Origin: Ignavibacteriales bacterium
Lineage (GTDB): Bacteria; Bacteroidota; Ignavibacteria; UBA10030; UBA6906
Direction: 5' to 3'
DNA length: 31,029 bases
NCBI GenBank assembly: GCA_037441705.1
Contig: JBBIRR010000043.1
Span: 1 to 31,029 of the forward strand
A program made the position numbers and the translations under genes. The notes beneath the pieces are model-generated. The model worked only from the letters and a program-made list of their open reading frames with translations. It made no database searches and was not told the origin of the DNA. Below are positions 18,359 to 26,578 of this stretch, in pieces. Every line of letters begins with the position of its first letter. Position 1 is the first letter of the stretch.

Positions 18359-18438
18359 CGGGATCGTTTCCTCTTGCAGGAATCCAACTTTTTCACATAC
18401 TTGAGTCAATTGCCGTTGGATGTCTTCAACGTACACCC

Positions 18439-21402
18439 ATGATATTTCTCCAGCCAACTTCCTTAGTGCAGAAAAGTCTGCTGTGCCTGCTGATTGCTTT
18501 CACGAGTCTTGCGCTCTTCCAATCATCCGATGCTCAGCGTCTCCCATTTCGTACATTCTCCGTTGACGACGGCTTGTTGCAATCAACTGCCTATTGCGTT
18601 CATCAGGATTCCAAAGGCTATCTCTGGATCGGCACACAAGATGGTATCAGCAGGTTCGATGGGTATTCGTTCACAAACTACACAACAGAGCATGGTCTCA
18701 TCAACAACAGGGTTCTCGCTGTCGCGGAGAGCCAGGGCGGCACCTTGTGGTTTGGTACAGCCAACGGAGTGTCCCGCTTTTCTGATGGCGTGTTCACTTC
18801 GCCCGATTCATCGAGAGGTTTCCCGGAGGGGATTGTGTATTCTCTTCTTGCTGATAATGACGACTCGATCTGGATGGGAACACAGAAAGGATTGATGTTG
18901 GTTGTCCGGGACTCTGTCGCATGGAAGGCTCCCGATGAAAGTCCTATGTCCACCGAAGTGTTTTTTGTGTACAAGGACAAGTCAGGAGTGTTGTGGCTTG
19001 GTTCTAATGAGGGTGCAATCTCGTTCAATCGGGCGGGTGTTCGTGCTTACGGAAGAGAGTCGGGTTTGCCGGGGAAATCGGTGAAGTGTTTCGCGGAGGA
19101 TCACGCCGGACGTCTCTTCGTCGGGACCGAAGGAGGGGGAATCTACAGAAAGGAGGGAGAGAAGTTCGTTGTGGTCGGTCGAACTTCCGTCGAACGGTCA
19201 GCAGAGGTCTACTCACTCTGCGTGGATAGAGCAGGAGAGCTGTGGGCGGGAACATTCGGCAGCGGAGTTCTGCGATATGCTGATGATGTTTCCTCGGTCT
19301 ATTCCACCGTCAATGGGTTGCCGAGCAAAGTCGTGCGTTCCATCATTCAGGATCGTGAGGAGAATATGTGGTTCGGCACCTACGACGGGATTGCGCGCCT
19401 TGGCATGGGCGATATCCAATCATACACAGCCGAGGTGGGCCTGCCGCACAACACCGTCATGGCGGTCGCTCAAGGGACAGACGGCAGTATGTGGCTTGGT
19501 ACGTACGGCGGAGGCGCTTGCAGGCTATCCAACGGAGCGTTCAGCACTTTCGACACCGCGTCCGGCTTGCCCCATAACACTGTTCGGGCAATTCTGTGCG
19601 ACCGACAAGGAACGGTCTGGTTTGCAACTCACAAAGGACTTGCCCGTCTATCGGGTCGCGCTTTCAAAGTGTTTACCAGGCGCAATGGTTTATCGAGCGA
19701 CGTTATTCTTGCCCTTCATGAGGACAGGTTGGGTCGTTTGTGGGTGGGCACGTTTGATGGTGGCGCATGTGTTTTCGAGGACGGCTTGGTGACTGTCTTC
19801 GACATCCATCGCGGCCTCTTGAGCAATCGTGTCCGCTCCATCGCGGAAGATCGTGAAGCCGTTTGGCTGGGGACCGATGAGGGATTGACTCGGTTTGATG
19901 GCAAGGGATTTACACACTTCACGACGAAAGACGGTCTTCCAAACAACACTATTCGGTCGCTTACTGTTCGCAGCGATGGATCTCTGTGGATTTCTACCGA
20001 CGGCGGTGGGATAGGCGTGTATCGGGGTGGGTCATTTGTAAACTACTCAACAAAGGACGGCCTTGCCAACAACGTATGCTTCTTTGCTTTGGAGGACGAC
20101 AACGGGCACATGTGGATCGGAACCAACAAAGGGCTGAGCAGATTCGATGGTTCGACGTTCAGAACCTATTCGACGAAAGACGGGCTTGTAGCAAACGAAA
20201 TGAATTCAGGGGCGGCGATGAAAGACCGTTCGGGGATGCTCTGGTTTGGTTCGAATCGGGGTCTCATCAAGATCAACCCTACGAACCTATCCTTCTCCCA
20301 CCTAAATCCATCTCCATACGTTACTCGCGTGCGAGTCTTCGATCGGGACGTGCCTCTTAAGAGTGGGCTGAAGCTTTCACACATGCAGAACGTTCTTGAG
20401 TTTGATTTTGTCGCTATTCATTTGAGCGCTCCTCATGCAGTCGAGTATCGTTACAAACTGGAAGGGATAGATGAAGAATGGAGAACCACGTTTCAGAGAA
20501 GCGTTCCCTATAGCTCACTTCCGCCAGGCGAGTATAGGTTTCTCGTAACCGCCAGAATTCTCGACGGCGATTGGACCCTCCAGCCGGCCACTTTCTCATT
20601 TACGATTCTCCCACCGTTCTGGGGCACATGGTCGTTCAGAGTCCTCGCGATGGGGTCTGCTTTGCTGGTGGTGGGAGTTGTTATTCGCCGGCGTGTGCAA
20701 GCCGTCCGGAACGAACGGGAACGTCAGCAGGAGTTTTCACGTCGGCTCATTGCGTCCCAGGAGGCGGAACGTAAGCGCATTGCGGCAGGTCTTCACGACA
20801 GCCTCGGACAAAACCTTCTCGTTCTTAAAACCACACTCCAACAATGTCAGGAGGGGTGCGACCTCGAGGAGCAACTTCGTGCAGAGTTGGATGGCCTGGC
20901 AGAGTTGGTGCAGCAGTCGCTGAACGAAGTACGAGAGATTTCATTCGATCTTCATCCGCACGTACTGGATCGCTTGGGGCTGCGTAAGGCGCTTGAAACA
21001 ATGGTGGAGAAGATCACGCATGGCTTCCCGGTTTCCATCTCGACCGATTTCAGCAGTCTTCCCGCCCGCCTGGAGACTCAGCTTGAAATTGGCATATATC
21101 GGATTGTGCAGGAGGCACTGTCAAACGTGGTGAAGCATTCGGATGCGAGAAATGCGTTGGTGCGGATGAGGGCTACCAAGGATGGCTTGCAGTTGGAGAT
21201 CGCTGATGATGGCAAAGGGTTCGACGCCGGCGAGTACTTGACGCGTCCGCCCGAAAAGTGGAGCCTTGGCTTGCTGAACATCTCCGAACGCGTACGGCTT
21301 CTCGGCGGAACGTATGCTCTTTCTTCAAAACCGGGTGCGGGGACGGCACTCACTGCATATTTTCCTTTCAAGCAATGCCTGAACGTTCCGCGATTACGAT
21401 AG
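18439..21402 (+). CDS. membrane sensor histidine kinase: periplasmic two-component-regulator beta-propeller repeats, Y_Y_Y domain, TM, HisKA_3 and HATPase
   Basis: Repeated GL..N.V..I..D..G..W.GT..G blades, EYRYKLEGIDEEW...LPPGEYRF (Y_Y_Y) and PPFW followed by a TM helix. H-box ERKRIAAGLHDSLGQ, N-box QEALSNVVKHS and DDGKGF. Start placed at ATG 18439. Confidence 0.93.
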   Translation: MIFLQPTSLVQKSLLCLLIAFTSLALFQSSDAQRLPFRTFSVDDGLLQSTAYCVHQDSKGYLWIGTQDGISRFDGYSFTNYTTEHGLINNRVLAVAESQGGTLWFGTANGVSRFSDGVFTSPDSSRGFPEGIVYSLLADNDDSIWMGTQKGLMLVVRDSVAWKAPDESPMSTEVFFVYKDKSGVLWLGSNEGAISFNRAGVRAYGRESGLPGKSVKCFAEDHAGRLFVGTEGGGIYRKEGEKFVVVGRTSVERSAEVYSLCVDRAGELWAGTFGSGVLRYADDVSSVYSTVNGLPSKVVRSIIQDREENMWFGTYDGIARLGMGDIQSYTAEVGLPHNTVMAVAQGTDGSMWLGTYGGGACRLSNGAFSTFDTASGLPHNTVRAILCDRQGTVWFATHKGLARLSGRAFKVFTRRNGLSSDVILALHEDRLGRLWVGTFDGGACVFEDGLVTVFDIHRGLLSNRVRSIAEDREAVWLGTDEGLTRFDGKGFTHFTTKDGLPNNTIRSLTVRSDGSLWISTDGGGIGVYRGGSFVNYSTKDGLANNVCFFALEDDNGHMWIGTNKGLSRFDGSTFRTYSTKDGLVANEMNSGAAMKDRSGMLWFGSNRGLIKINPTNLSFSHLNPSPYVTRVRVFDRDVPLKSGLKLSHMQNVLEFDFVAIHLSAPHAVEYRYKLEGIDEEWRTTFQRSVPYSSLPPGEYRFLVTARILDGDWTLQPATFSFTILPPFWGTWSFRVLAMGSALLVVGVVIRRRVQAVRNERERQQEFSRRLIASQEAERKRIAAGLHDSLGQNLLVLKTTLQQCQEGCDLEEQLRAELDGLAELVQQSLNEVREISFDLHPHVLDRLGLRKALETMVEKITHGFPVSISTDFSSLPARLETQLEIGIYRIVQEALSNVVKHSDARNALVRMRATKDGLQLEIADDGKGFDAGEYLTRPPEKWSLGLLNISERVRLLGGTYALSSKPGAGTALTAYFPFKQCLNVPRLR

Positions 21403-22034
21403 TTCTTGCCGATGACCACCCGCTGTTCCGGCAGGGCCTCTTGCGGGTGATCGAGCAGGACAAGAGCATAGCTGTTGTGGGAGAAACCGGCAACGGAAGA
21501 ATGGCGCTCGGCCTGATTCTTCAACGGAAACCGGACATTGCTGTGCTGGATATTGCCATGCCGGAATTGCAAGGGCTGGATGTTGTAAAGGAGGCGTTAA
21601 GGGACGAATCCTGTGCCACGGAATTTGTTGTACTGACTATGTACAGAGAAGAGGCGTATTTTACCGAGGCGATGGATATTGGTGTGAAAGGATACTTGCT
21701 GAAGGACAGCGCCCCGACAGAACTTCTTGCGTGCATCAAGTCTGTGGCGGATGGAGTGCCGTATGTAAGTCCCCTTGTTTCTCATTACCTCCTGCGACGC
21801 ATGACAAAAACTCGTCCGCAGAGGCTATCATCGTCTCTTGACGATCTCACCCTACAGGAACGCCGCGTTCTGAAGCTCCTCAGCCAGAACAAAACCAGTC
21901 GCGAGATTGCTGACGAGCTGCACATCAGCGTTCGAACCGTCCAGCATCACCGGAGCAACATCTGCACGAAGCTGAATCTTGAGGGATACAACAAACTCCT
22001 CCAGTTTGCCCTCGAGAACAAGAACAGACTGTAA
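21375..22034 (+). CDS. NarL/LuxR family DNA-binding response regulator
   Basis: REC domain (LADDH, LDIAMP, LTMY, YLLKD) and a LuxR HTH (LTLQERRVL...SREIADELHISVRTVQHHRSNICTKL). The likely start is ATG 21375, overlapping the kinase end. Confidence 0.93.
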   Translation: MPERSAITIVLADDHPLFRQGLLRVIEQDKSIAVVGETGNGRMALGLILQRKPDIAVLDIAMPELQGLDVVKEALRDESCATEFVVLTMYREEAYFTEAMDIGVKGYLLKDSAPTELLACIKSVADGVPYVSPLVSHYLLRRMTKTRPQRLSSSLDDLTLQERRVLKLLSQNKTSREIADELHISVRTVQHHRSNICTKLNLEGYNKLLQFALENKNRL

Positions 22035-22143
22035 TCATCGTATCGGCAGAACGCCCTTCTTTTCGATATGCGTGCGGGTAGGTACAGTTGCCCATGAGAA
22101 CCCGTACATCTCTCCATTGTTCTTCCATTTCTGATCCTCTATC

Positions 22144-22533
22144 ATGTCCCTCAACTTCTCACATGCCATGCGAATTCTGCTCGTTGAAGACAATCCCCTG
22201 TTTCGTGAACTCGTTCGGAAATTTTTCGTCCGAAACATACCCGGAAGCCATGAGATACAGGAGTGTGCCAACGGACGCGATGCATTGCGTGTCTATCACG
22301 CTTTCGCGCCGGATTGGGTGCTGATCGATATTACGATGGATGGCACTGACGGCCTCACTGCTGCACGATACATCCGGGAGCTCGATGCGAAGGCGCAGAT
22401 TATCATGCTTACACAACATAACGAACGAGCATACCGCGAGGAAGCAATGGCCATTGGGGTGAAGGCCTACATCCTGAAGGAGCATCTCGGCAGTATTCTC
22501 TCCATTCTCAAACATCCGACGGAATCACGATGA
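22144..22533 (+). CDS. stand-alone receiver-domain response regulator (NarL-type REC, no output domain)
   Basis: ILLVEDN, LIDITM, MLTQH and YILKE. The ORF ends right after the REC domain. Alternative start at ATG 22168. Confidence 0.88.
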   Translation: MSLNFSHAMRILLVEDNPLFRELVRKFFVRNIPGSHEIQECANGRDALRVYHAFAPDWVLIDITMDGTDGLTAARYIRELDAKAQIIMLTQHNERAYREEAMAIGVKAYILKEHLGSILSILKHPTESR

Positions 22534-23015
22534 GCATGAAGCGGACATTCTCTCTGTCAATGCTTGTGTATGCGCTCGGATTGCTGTCATGCAAGCTACC
22601 TCCGAAGGAAGCTGCGAAGGCACCGGAACATCGGGACCATCTTGTCGAAGGCCCTGCACACATTCCCCCCAATCATGCCCGGATAGAAGGCGAGATTGTT
22701 GAATTAGACTCGACATCTTTGGAAGCTCCCGATGTTGCAGGTCCATGTAGCCGCGTTCCATGTGTTGCAAGCGTGCGCATTGGCTCGGTTCTCGGCCTCG
22801 GTGTTGGGTTCCCGCAGCCGTTCCAAGAAGGGATGGTAGTGCGGATGAAGTTTGCCTATACACTCGACCCCAGTCAGCGTCATTTCCCGGAAATGCAGCC
22901 AGCATTTCCTGGCTTACATCTTGGGTCGAAGTTCAAGGCGGATGTCATGAGCCAGGTGACTCTTGCAGGGGATATTACGCCGCGGTTCGTGGTGTTTGCC
23001 TATGAAGTACAATGA
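22530..23015 (+). CDS. hypothetical lipoprotein
   Basis: Signal peptide II with lipobox LLSC and a Cys pair (PCSRVPC). ATGA-coupled to the REC gene. Confidence 0.75.
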   Translation: MSMKRTFSLSMLVYALGLLSCKLPPKEAAKAPEHRDHLVEGPAHIPPNHARIEGEIVELDSTSLEAPDVAGPCSRVPCVASVRIGSVLGLGVGFPQPFQEGMVVRMKFAYTLDPSQRHFPEMQPAFPGLHLGSKFKADVMSQVTLAGDITPRFVVFAYEVQ

Positions 23016-23061
23016 CACACAGCCGCCGGCATCTTTGAATTACATCAATGGAGGGCTAACA

Positions 23062-25812
23062 ATGAAGCGTAACAGATTGGTTGGGACTCTTGGTGTCCTG
23101 GTGGGAATTCTCTCGTGGTACCTTAGCTGGGACGCCACAAGCCTTGTGGTGCCGGAGCCTCCTACAGTTCCCGAGTCGGCAGGAGGCAATGAAGATCCGT
23201 TTGGCCGCGTCCGGTTTGAATTGCTGCGCTTGCGCGATCCGGCAACAGGTGAGATTCCGGCAAACATCAGAGAAAAGGAGCTTGCCTTTGCTGCTACCCT
23301 TCCAACACGAGAAAACGTTCAGGGCATGTCGAATCCTGCAATCAATTGGAGCAGGAGGGGTCCTTACAATGTTGGCGGCAGAACACGGGCCGTAGCCTAT
23401 GATGTATCAAACACAAACATCATCCTTGCAGGAGGAGTGAGCGGCGGCATGTGGAGATCAACCAACGGAGGGGGAGTCTGGACCAAGACGACTGATCCAG
23501 CTGCTTTGCATAGCGTTACATGCCTCGCGCAGGATACTCGTTCAGGCCACACGAACAAATGGTATTACGGAACGGGCGAGTATCTTGGCAACAGTGCGAG
23601 CGGCCAGGGTTCCGCTCTGTTTCAGGGTAACGGCATCTTCAAGTCCACGAACGGCGGCGTAAGTTGGACTCTTCTCGCGTCAACGGCGAGCGGAACGCCA
23701 CAGACGTTTGATAACCTCTTTGATTTCGTGTGGAATGTTGCTGTGGACCCGTCCAATACCACTCAGGACGAAATCTATGCTGCAACGTACGGTGCCATTC
23801 ACCGAAGCACGAATGGGGGTACAACATGGACTGCGGTGTTGGGAGGAACCAGTCCGTATGCGTACGCAACGGACGTTGCCGTAACAACAACCGGTGTCGT
23901 CTACGCAGCGGCAAGCAGCGGCTCCAACATGAGCGGCATGAGAGTTTCCACCAACGGAACGACATGGACAAACATCACACCAACGTCAGGATTCCCAACT
24001 GTGTATGGGAGAATCACCATTGCCATAGCGCCGTCCAATCAGAACATCGTGTACTTTCTGCTGCAGGGTGCCAACAGCGGAACAGGAGTGAACGGACATC
24101 AGCTCTGGCGATACGATGCCTCAAGCGGCAGTTGGGTCAATCGCGGTGCGAATCTTCCCAATGAGGCAGGCCTTCCGGAGAACGGTGTCTTCTCAACACA
24201 GGGTGGATACGATCAGATGATTCGGGTCCGTCCGAATGATCCGAATTTTGTCATTGTTGGCGGCGTCAACCTGTACCGCTCGACAGATGGATTTGCCACA
24301 ACACTCAACACGATGCGCATAGGCGGGTATGCATCGCCCACAACATATGCGAATTATGCAAACCATCATGCGGACCAACACGGAGGCGTATTCCTGCCGG
24401 GAAGCAACTCCACCTTTCTTTCGAGCCACGATGGGGGTCTCTCGAGGACGACAGATATTGCTGCCGCGACCGTATCGTGGACGATGCTGAACAACGGCTA
24501 CTTCACAACCCAGTTCTATTCCATAGGACTTGATCGGCGCGATCCGGGAAACAACATCGTTCTGGGCGGCACGCAAGATAACGGCACGTGGTTTACCAAC
24601 AGCACAAGTCAAACAGCTGCCTGGGTCAGGGTGCACGGAGGAGATGGAGGTTTCGTCGAGTTTTCATGGCCTCGCGGATCGTACTATGTCTCGTCGCAGT
24701 ACGGAGCAACATACCGATATTTGCTCAACGATAACGGAGGTCCATCAACAACCTTCTACTGGACGCGGGTTGATCCTGTTATGGACACCGGGTATCTGTT
24801 TATTACACCGTTTGTCCTCGATCGTAACAATACCATCCGCATGTACCTCGCAGGCAAAGACCGTATCAAGAGGAACAGCAACCTGACAGAAATTCCCATG
24901 GGCAACACGCAGCCGACGACAGTGAACTGGTCTGACCTTACGAATACGATTCTGCCGGGAAAGAAAATCAGCGCACTCGAGCACACACTCAATGCCCCAA
25001 CGAATCGCCTCTACTATGGAACCACCAACGGTGAAATCTACAAGATTGATGCTCCGGGTACGGGAAACCCGAGTCCTGTGAATATCTGGAGCGGAAGGGG
25101 ATTGCCTGTGAACGCGTACGTCTCTTGCCTCGCGGCAGATCCTTTTGACGGTGATCATGTACTGGCTGTCTTCTCCAACTACAGCATCATCAGCTTGTAT
25201 CGGACGACAAATGGCGGAACGAGCTGGACCGCAATTGCCGGAAACCTTGAACAGTTTTCGAACGGTACTGGCAACGGCCCGTCGGTTCGGTGGGCCGAAA
25301 TCGTCCGGGGACGACTCACGAACTATTATCTCGTCGGAACAAGCACGGGGCTTTACTCTACCGAAACGATCAACGGCATGTCCACCGTTTGGGTGCAGGA
25401 GGGCTCTACTGTCATCGGCAATGTAGTTGTTGATCACATCGACAGTCGGCAACCCGATGGCCAGGTTGTCGTGGCAACACACGGCGCGGGAGTGTTCAGC
25501 GGACAGCATCCTCTACCGCTGGATGTTGAAAGGGGACGAGATATTCCACAGGCGTTCGCTTTGCATCAGAACTATCCAAATCCATTTAACCCGACCACCA
25601 CCATCAGCTTCTCGCTTCCCCAAGCGGTACATGCCTCCCTTACAGTGTACGACGTGAACGGAAGGCAAGTGAGGACACTCATCAGCTGCGATTTGAGTGC
25701 AGGAAAGTACGATGTGGCATTTGATGCATCGGGCTTGGCGAGCGGCGTGTACTTGTACCGCCTCGAGGCCGATCGCTATGTTGCAACGAGGAAGCTCATG
25801 CTGCTTCGTTAG
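23062..25812 (+). CDS. second secreted BNR/Asp-box beta-propeller protein with T9SS type A C-terminal domain
   Basis: GGAGG SD before ATG 23062. Contains RDPATGEIP, RGPYNVGGRTRA, repeated S/T-T-N-G-G-x-x-W boxes, HADQH and GGTQDNGT. Ends LHQNYPNPFNPTTTI...KLMLLR. Confidence 0.88.
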   Translation: MKRNRLVGTLGVLVGILSWYLSWDATSLVVPEPPTVPESAGGNEDPFGRVRFELLRLRDPATGEIPANIREKELAFAATLPTRENVQGMSNPAINWSRRGPYNVGGRTRAVAYDVSNTNIILAGGVSGGMWRSTNGGGVWTKTTDPAALHSVTCLAQDTRSGHTNKWYYGTGEYLGNSASGQGSALFQGNGIFKSTNGGVSWTLLASTASGTPQTFDNLFDFVWNVAVDPSNTTQDEIYAATYGAIHRSTNGGTTWTAVLGGTSPYAYATDVAVTTTGVVYAAASSGSNMSGMRVSTNGTTWTNITPTSGFPTVYGRITIAIAPSNQNIVYFLLQGANSGTGVNGHQLWRYDASSGSWVNRGANLPNEAGLPENGVFSTQGGYDQMIRVRPNDPNFVIVGGVNLYRSTDGFATTLNTMRIGGYASPTTYANYANHHADQHGGVFLPGSNSTFLSSHDGGLSRTTDIAAATVSWTMLNNGYFTTQFYSIGLDRRDPGNNIVLGGTQDNGTWFTNSTSQTAAWVRVHGGDGGFVEFSWPRGSYYVSSQYGATYRYLLNDNGGPSTTFYWTRVDPVMDTGYLFITPFVLDRNNTIRMYLAGKDRIKRNSNLTEIPMGNTQPTTVNWSDLTNTILPGKKISALEHTLNAPTNRLYYGTTNGEIYKIDAPGTGNPSPVNIWSGRGLPVNAYVSCLAADPFDGDHVLAVFSNYSIISLYRTTNGGTSWTAIAGNLEQFSNGTGNGPSVRWAEIVRGRLTNYYLVGTSTGLYSTETINGMSTVWVQEGSTVIGNVVVDHIDSRQPDGQVVVATHGAGVFSGQHPLPLDVERGRDIPQAFALHQNYPNPFNPTTTISFSLPQAVHASLTVYDVNGRQVRTLISCDLSAGKYDVAFDASGLASGVYLYRLEADRYVATRKLMLLR

Positions 25813-25839
25813 AAGTCGGAGGGTTGCACCCGGAACCAA

Positions 25840-25874
25840 GAGATCCCGTCTCGCCCGCAGACGGGATTTCCTTC
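25840..25874 (+). terminator. probable intrinsic terminator after the second BNR gene
   Basis: GAGATCCCGTCT-CGCCCGC-AGACGGGATTTC, a 12-bp stem followed by CTT, 27 nt after the stop. Confidence 0.6.
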
Positions 25875-26003
25875 AGCCGGATGAACCGAGGGTCGTGGAG
25901 ACATCCTGGTTGTCTCTTCTGCTGCGCATCAACTCACGATTCGCCATCCTGAATAGAGCGTGAATGCAGGACCATCCGTTCATAACAACAATCGGAGGAC
26001 GCC

Positions 26004-26105
26004 GTGAATCCTAACCTGAGATCCGCTTTCCCTACGCGGCTGGACGTTGTCACTCCAATCATGACGTCCGTGAGTACGAATTCAACTTTCAGCGGACATC
26101 TTTAG
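26004..26105 (+). CDS. putative 33-aa small protein (MNPNLRSAFPTRLDVVTPIMTSVSTNSTFSGHL)
   Basis: A-rich ATAACAACAATC then GGAGG SD 5 nt before GTG 26004. TAG at 26103-26105, with a strong terminator 13 nt downstream. Confidence 0.45.
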   Translation: MNPNLRSAFPTRLDVVTPIMTSVSTNSTFSGHL

Positions 26106-26118
26106 CCCCACGGACTAC

Positions 26119-26155
26119 GCCCCGCCTCACAAAAGAGGCGGGGCTGTGTGTTTTT
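26119..26155 (+). terminator. intrinsic terminator
   Basis: GCCCCGCCTC-ACAAAA-GAGGCGGGGC, a perfect 10-bp GC stem followed by TGTGTGTTTTT. Confidence 0.75.
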
Positions 26156-26212
26156 GCATCCCTCAGTCACCCTCATGCGCCCAAGAGGCGCGGCTGTGCC
26201 GCAAGCGTTTCG

Positions 26213-26241
26213 TTGACTTTCAGACGTGCAATGGCTATATT
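26213..26241 (+). promoter_or_regulatory. sigma70-type promoter (TTGACT-N17-TATATT)
   Basis: Both hexamers are one mismatch from consensus, with a 17-nt spacer. Predicted start about 26247. Confidence 0.7.
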
Positions 26242-26245
26242 TTTT

Positions 26246-26436
26246 ACGCCTCGCTCCCTCGATTTCACCCACTTCCGTCCGCCAACGAGGCTTTTCTTGC
26301 AAGGTACGTTCGGGTAGAGGAGAGGTAGTGTGCTGTCGGGAAGGCAAGGCGTGAAGAAGCGAGCGGGTGCTGTTGTGCGTTATTCTGTATCGGTTCTCTC
26401 ATGAGCCGCTCAAGGGAACGTCCATTCCCTTTTTTA
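26246..26436 (+). ncRNA. candidate ~190-nt structured RNA or attenuating leader upstream of lpdA
   Basis: Bounded by the promoter above and by hairpin AAGGGAA-CGTCCA-TTCCCTT plus a T-run. The 5' ACGCCTCGC pairs with GCAAGGCGT (26344-26352), closing a long imperfect hairpin. A second stem is GAGCGG/CCGCTC. Confidence 0.4.
26412..26436 (+). terminator. intrinsic terminator in the lpdA upstream region
   Basis: AAGGGAA-CGTCCA-TTCCCTT followed by TTTTA. Confidence 0.55.
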
Positions 26437-26578
26437 TTGCCCGCATCCAAACATAGTCCTTTGAGAATGACAATCATGCATGAACTCCCGCCCCTTCTCC
26501 CCTTTGCCGTTTGTATAAGGCTGATCTCACGGAGCAGACAACTCTTCGCGACATCGAGCACATCATTTCGAGGATGCC

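Noticed and set aside
18550-20280. Periodic repeats in the kinase gene as a possible CRISPR or DNA repeat array
   Set aside because: The periodicity is at protein level (beta-propeller blades), with no identical nucleotide repeats or spacers. No CRISPR array or cas gene was seen in the window.
12133-26250. tRNA-anchored genomic island covering the T9SS block
   Set aside because: The block lies upstream (5') of the minus-strand tRNA. No integrase and no duplicated tRNA 3' end were seen.
26246-26436. Identification as 6S RNA or SRP RNA
   Set aside because: The SRP helix-8 motif is absent. The 5' end pairs with the middle rather than the 3' end as in 6S. It is kept only as an unassigned candidate.
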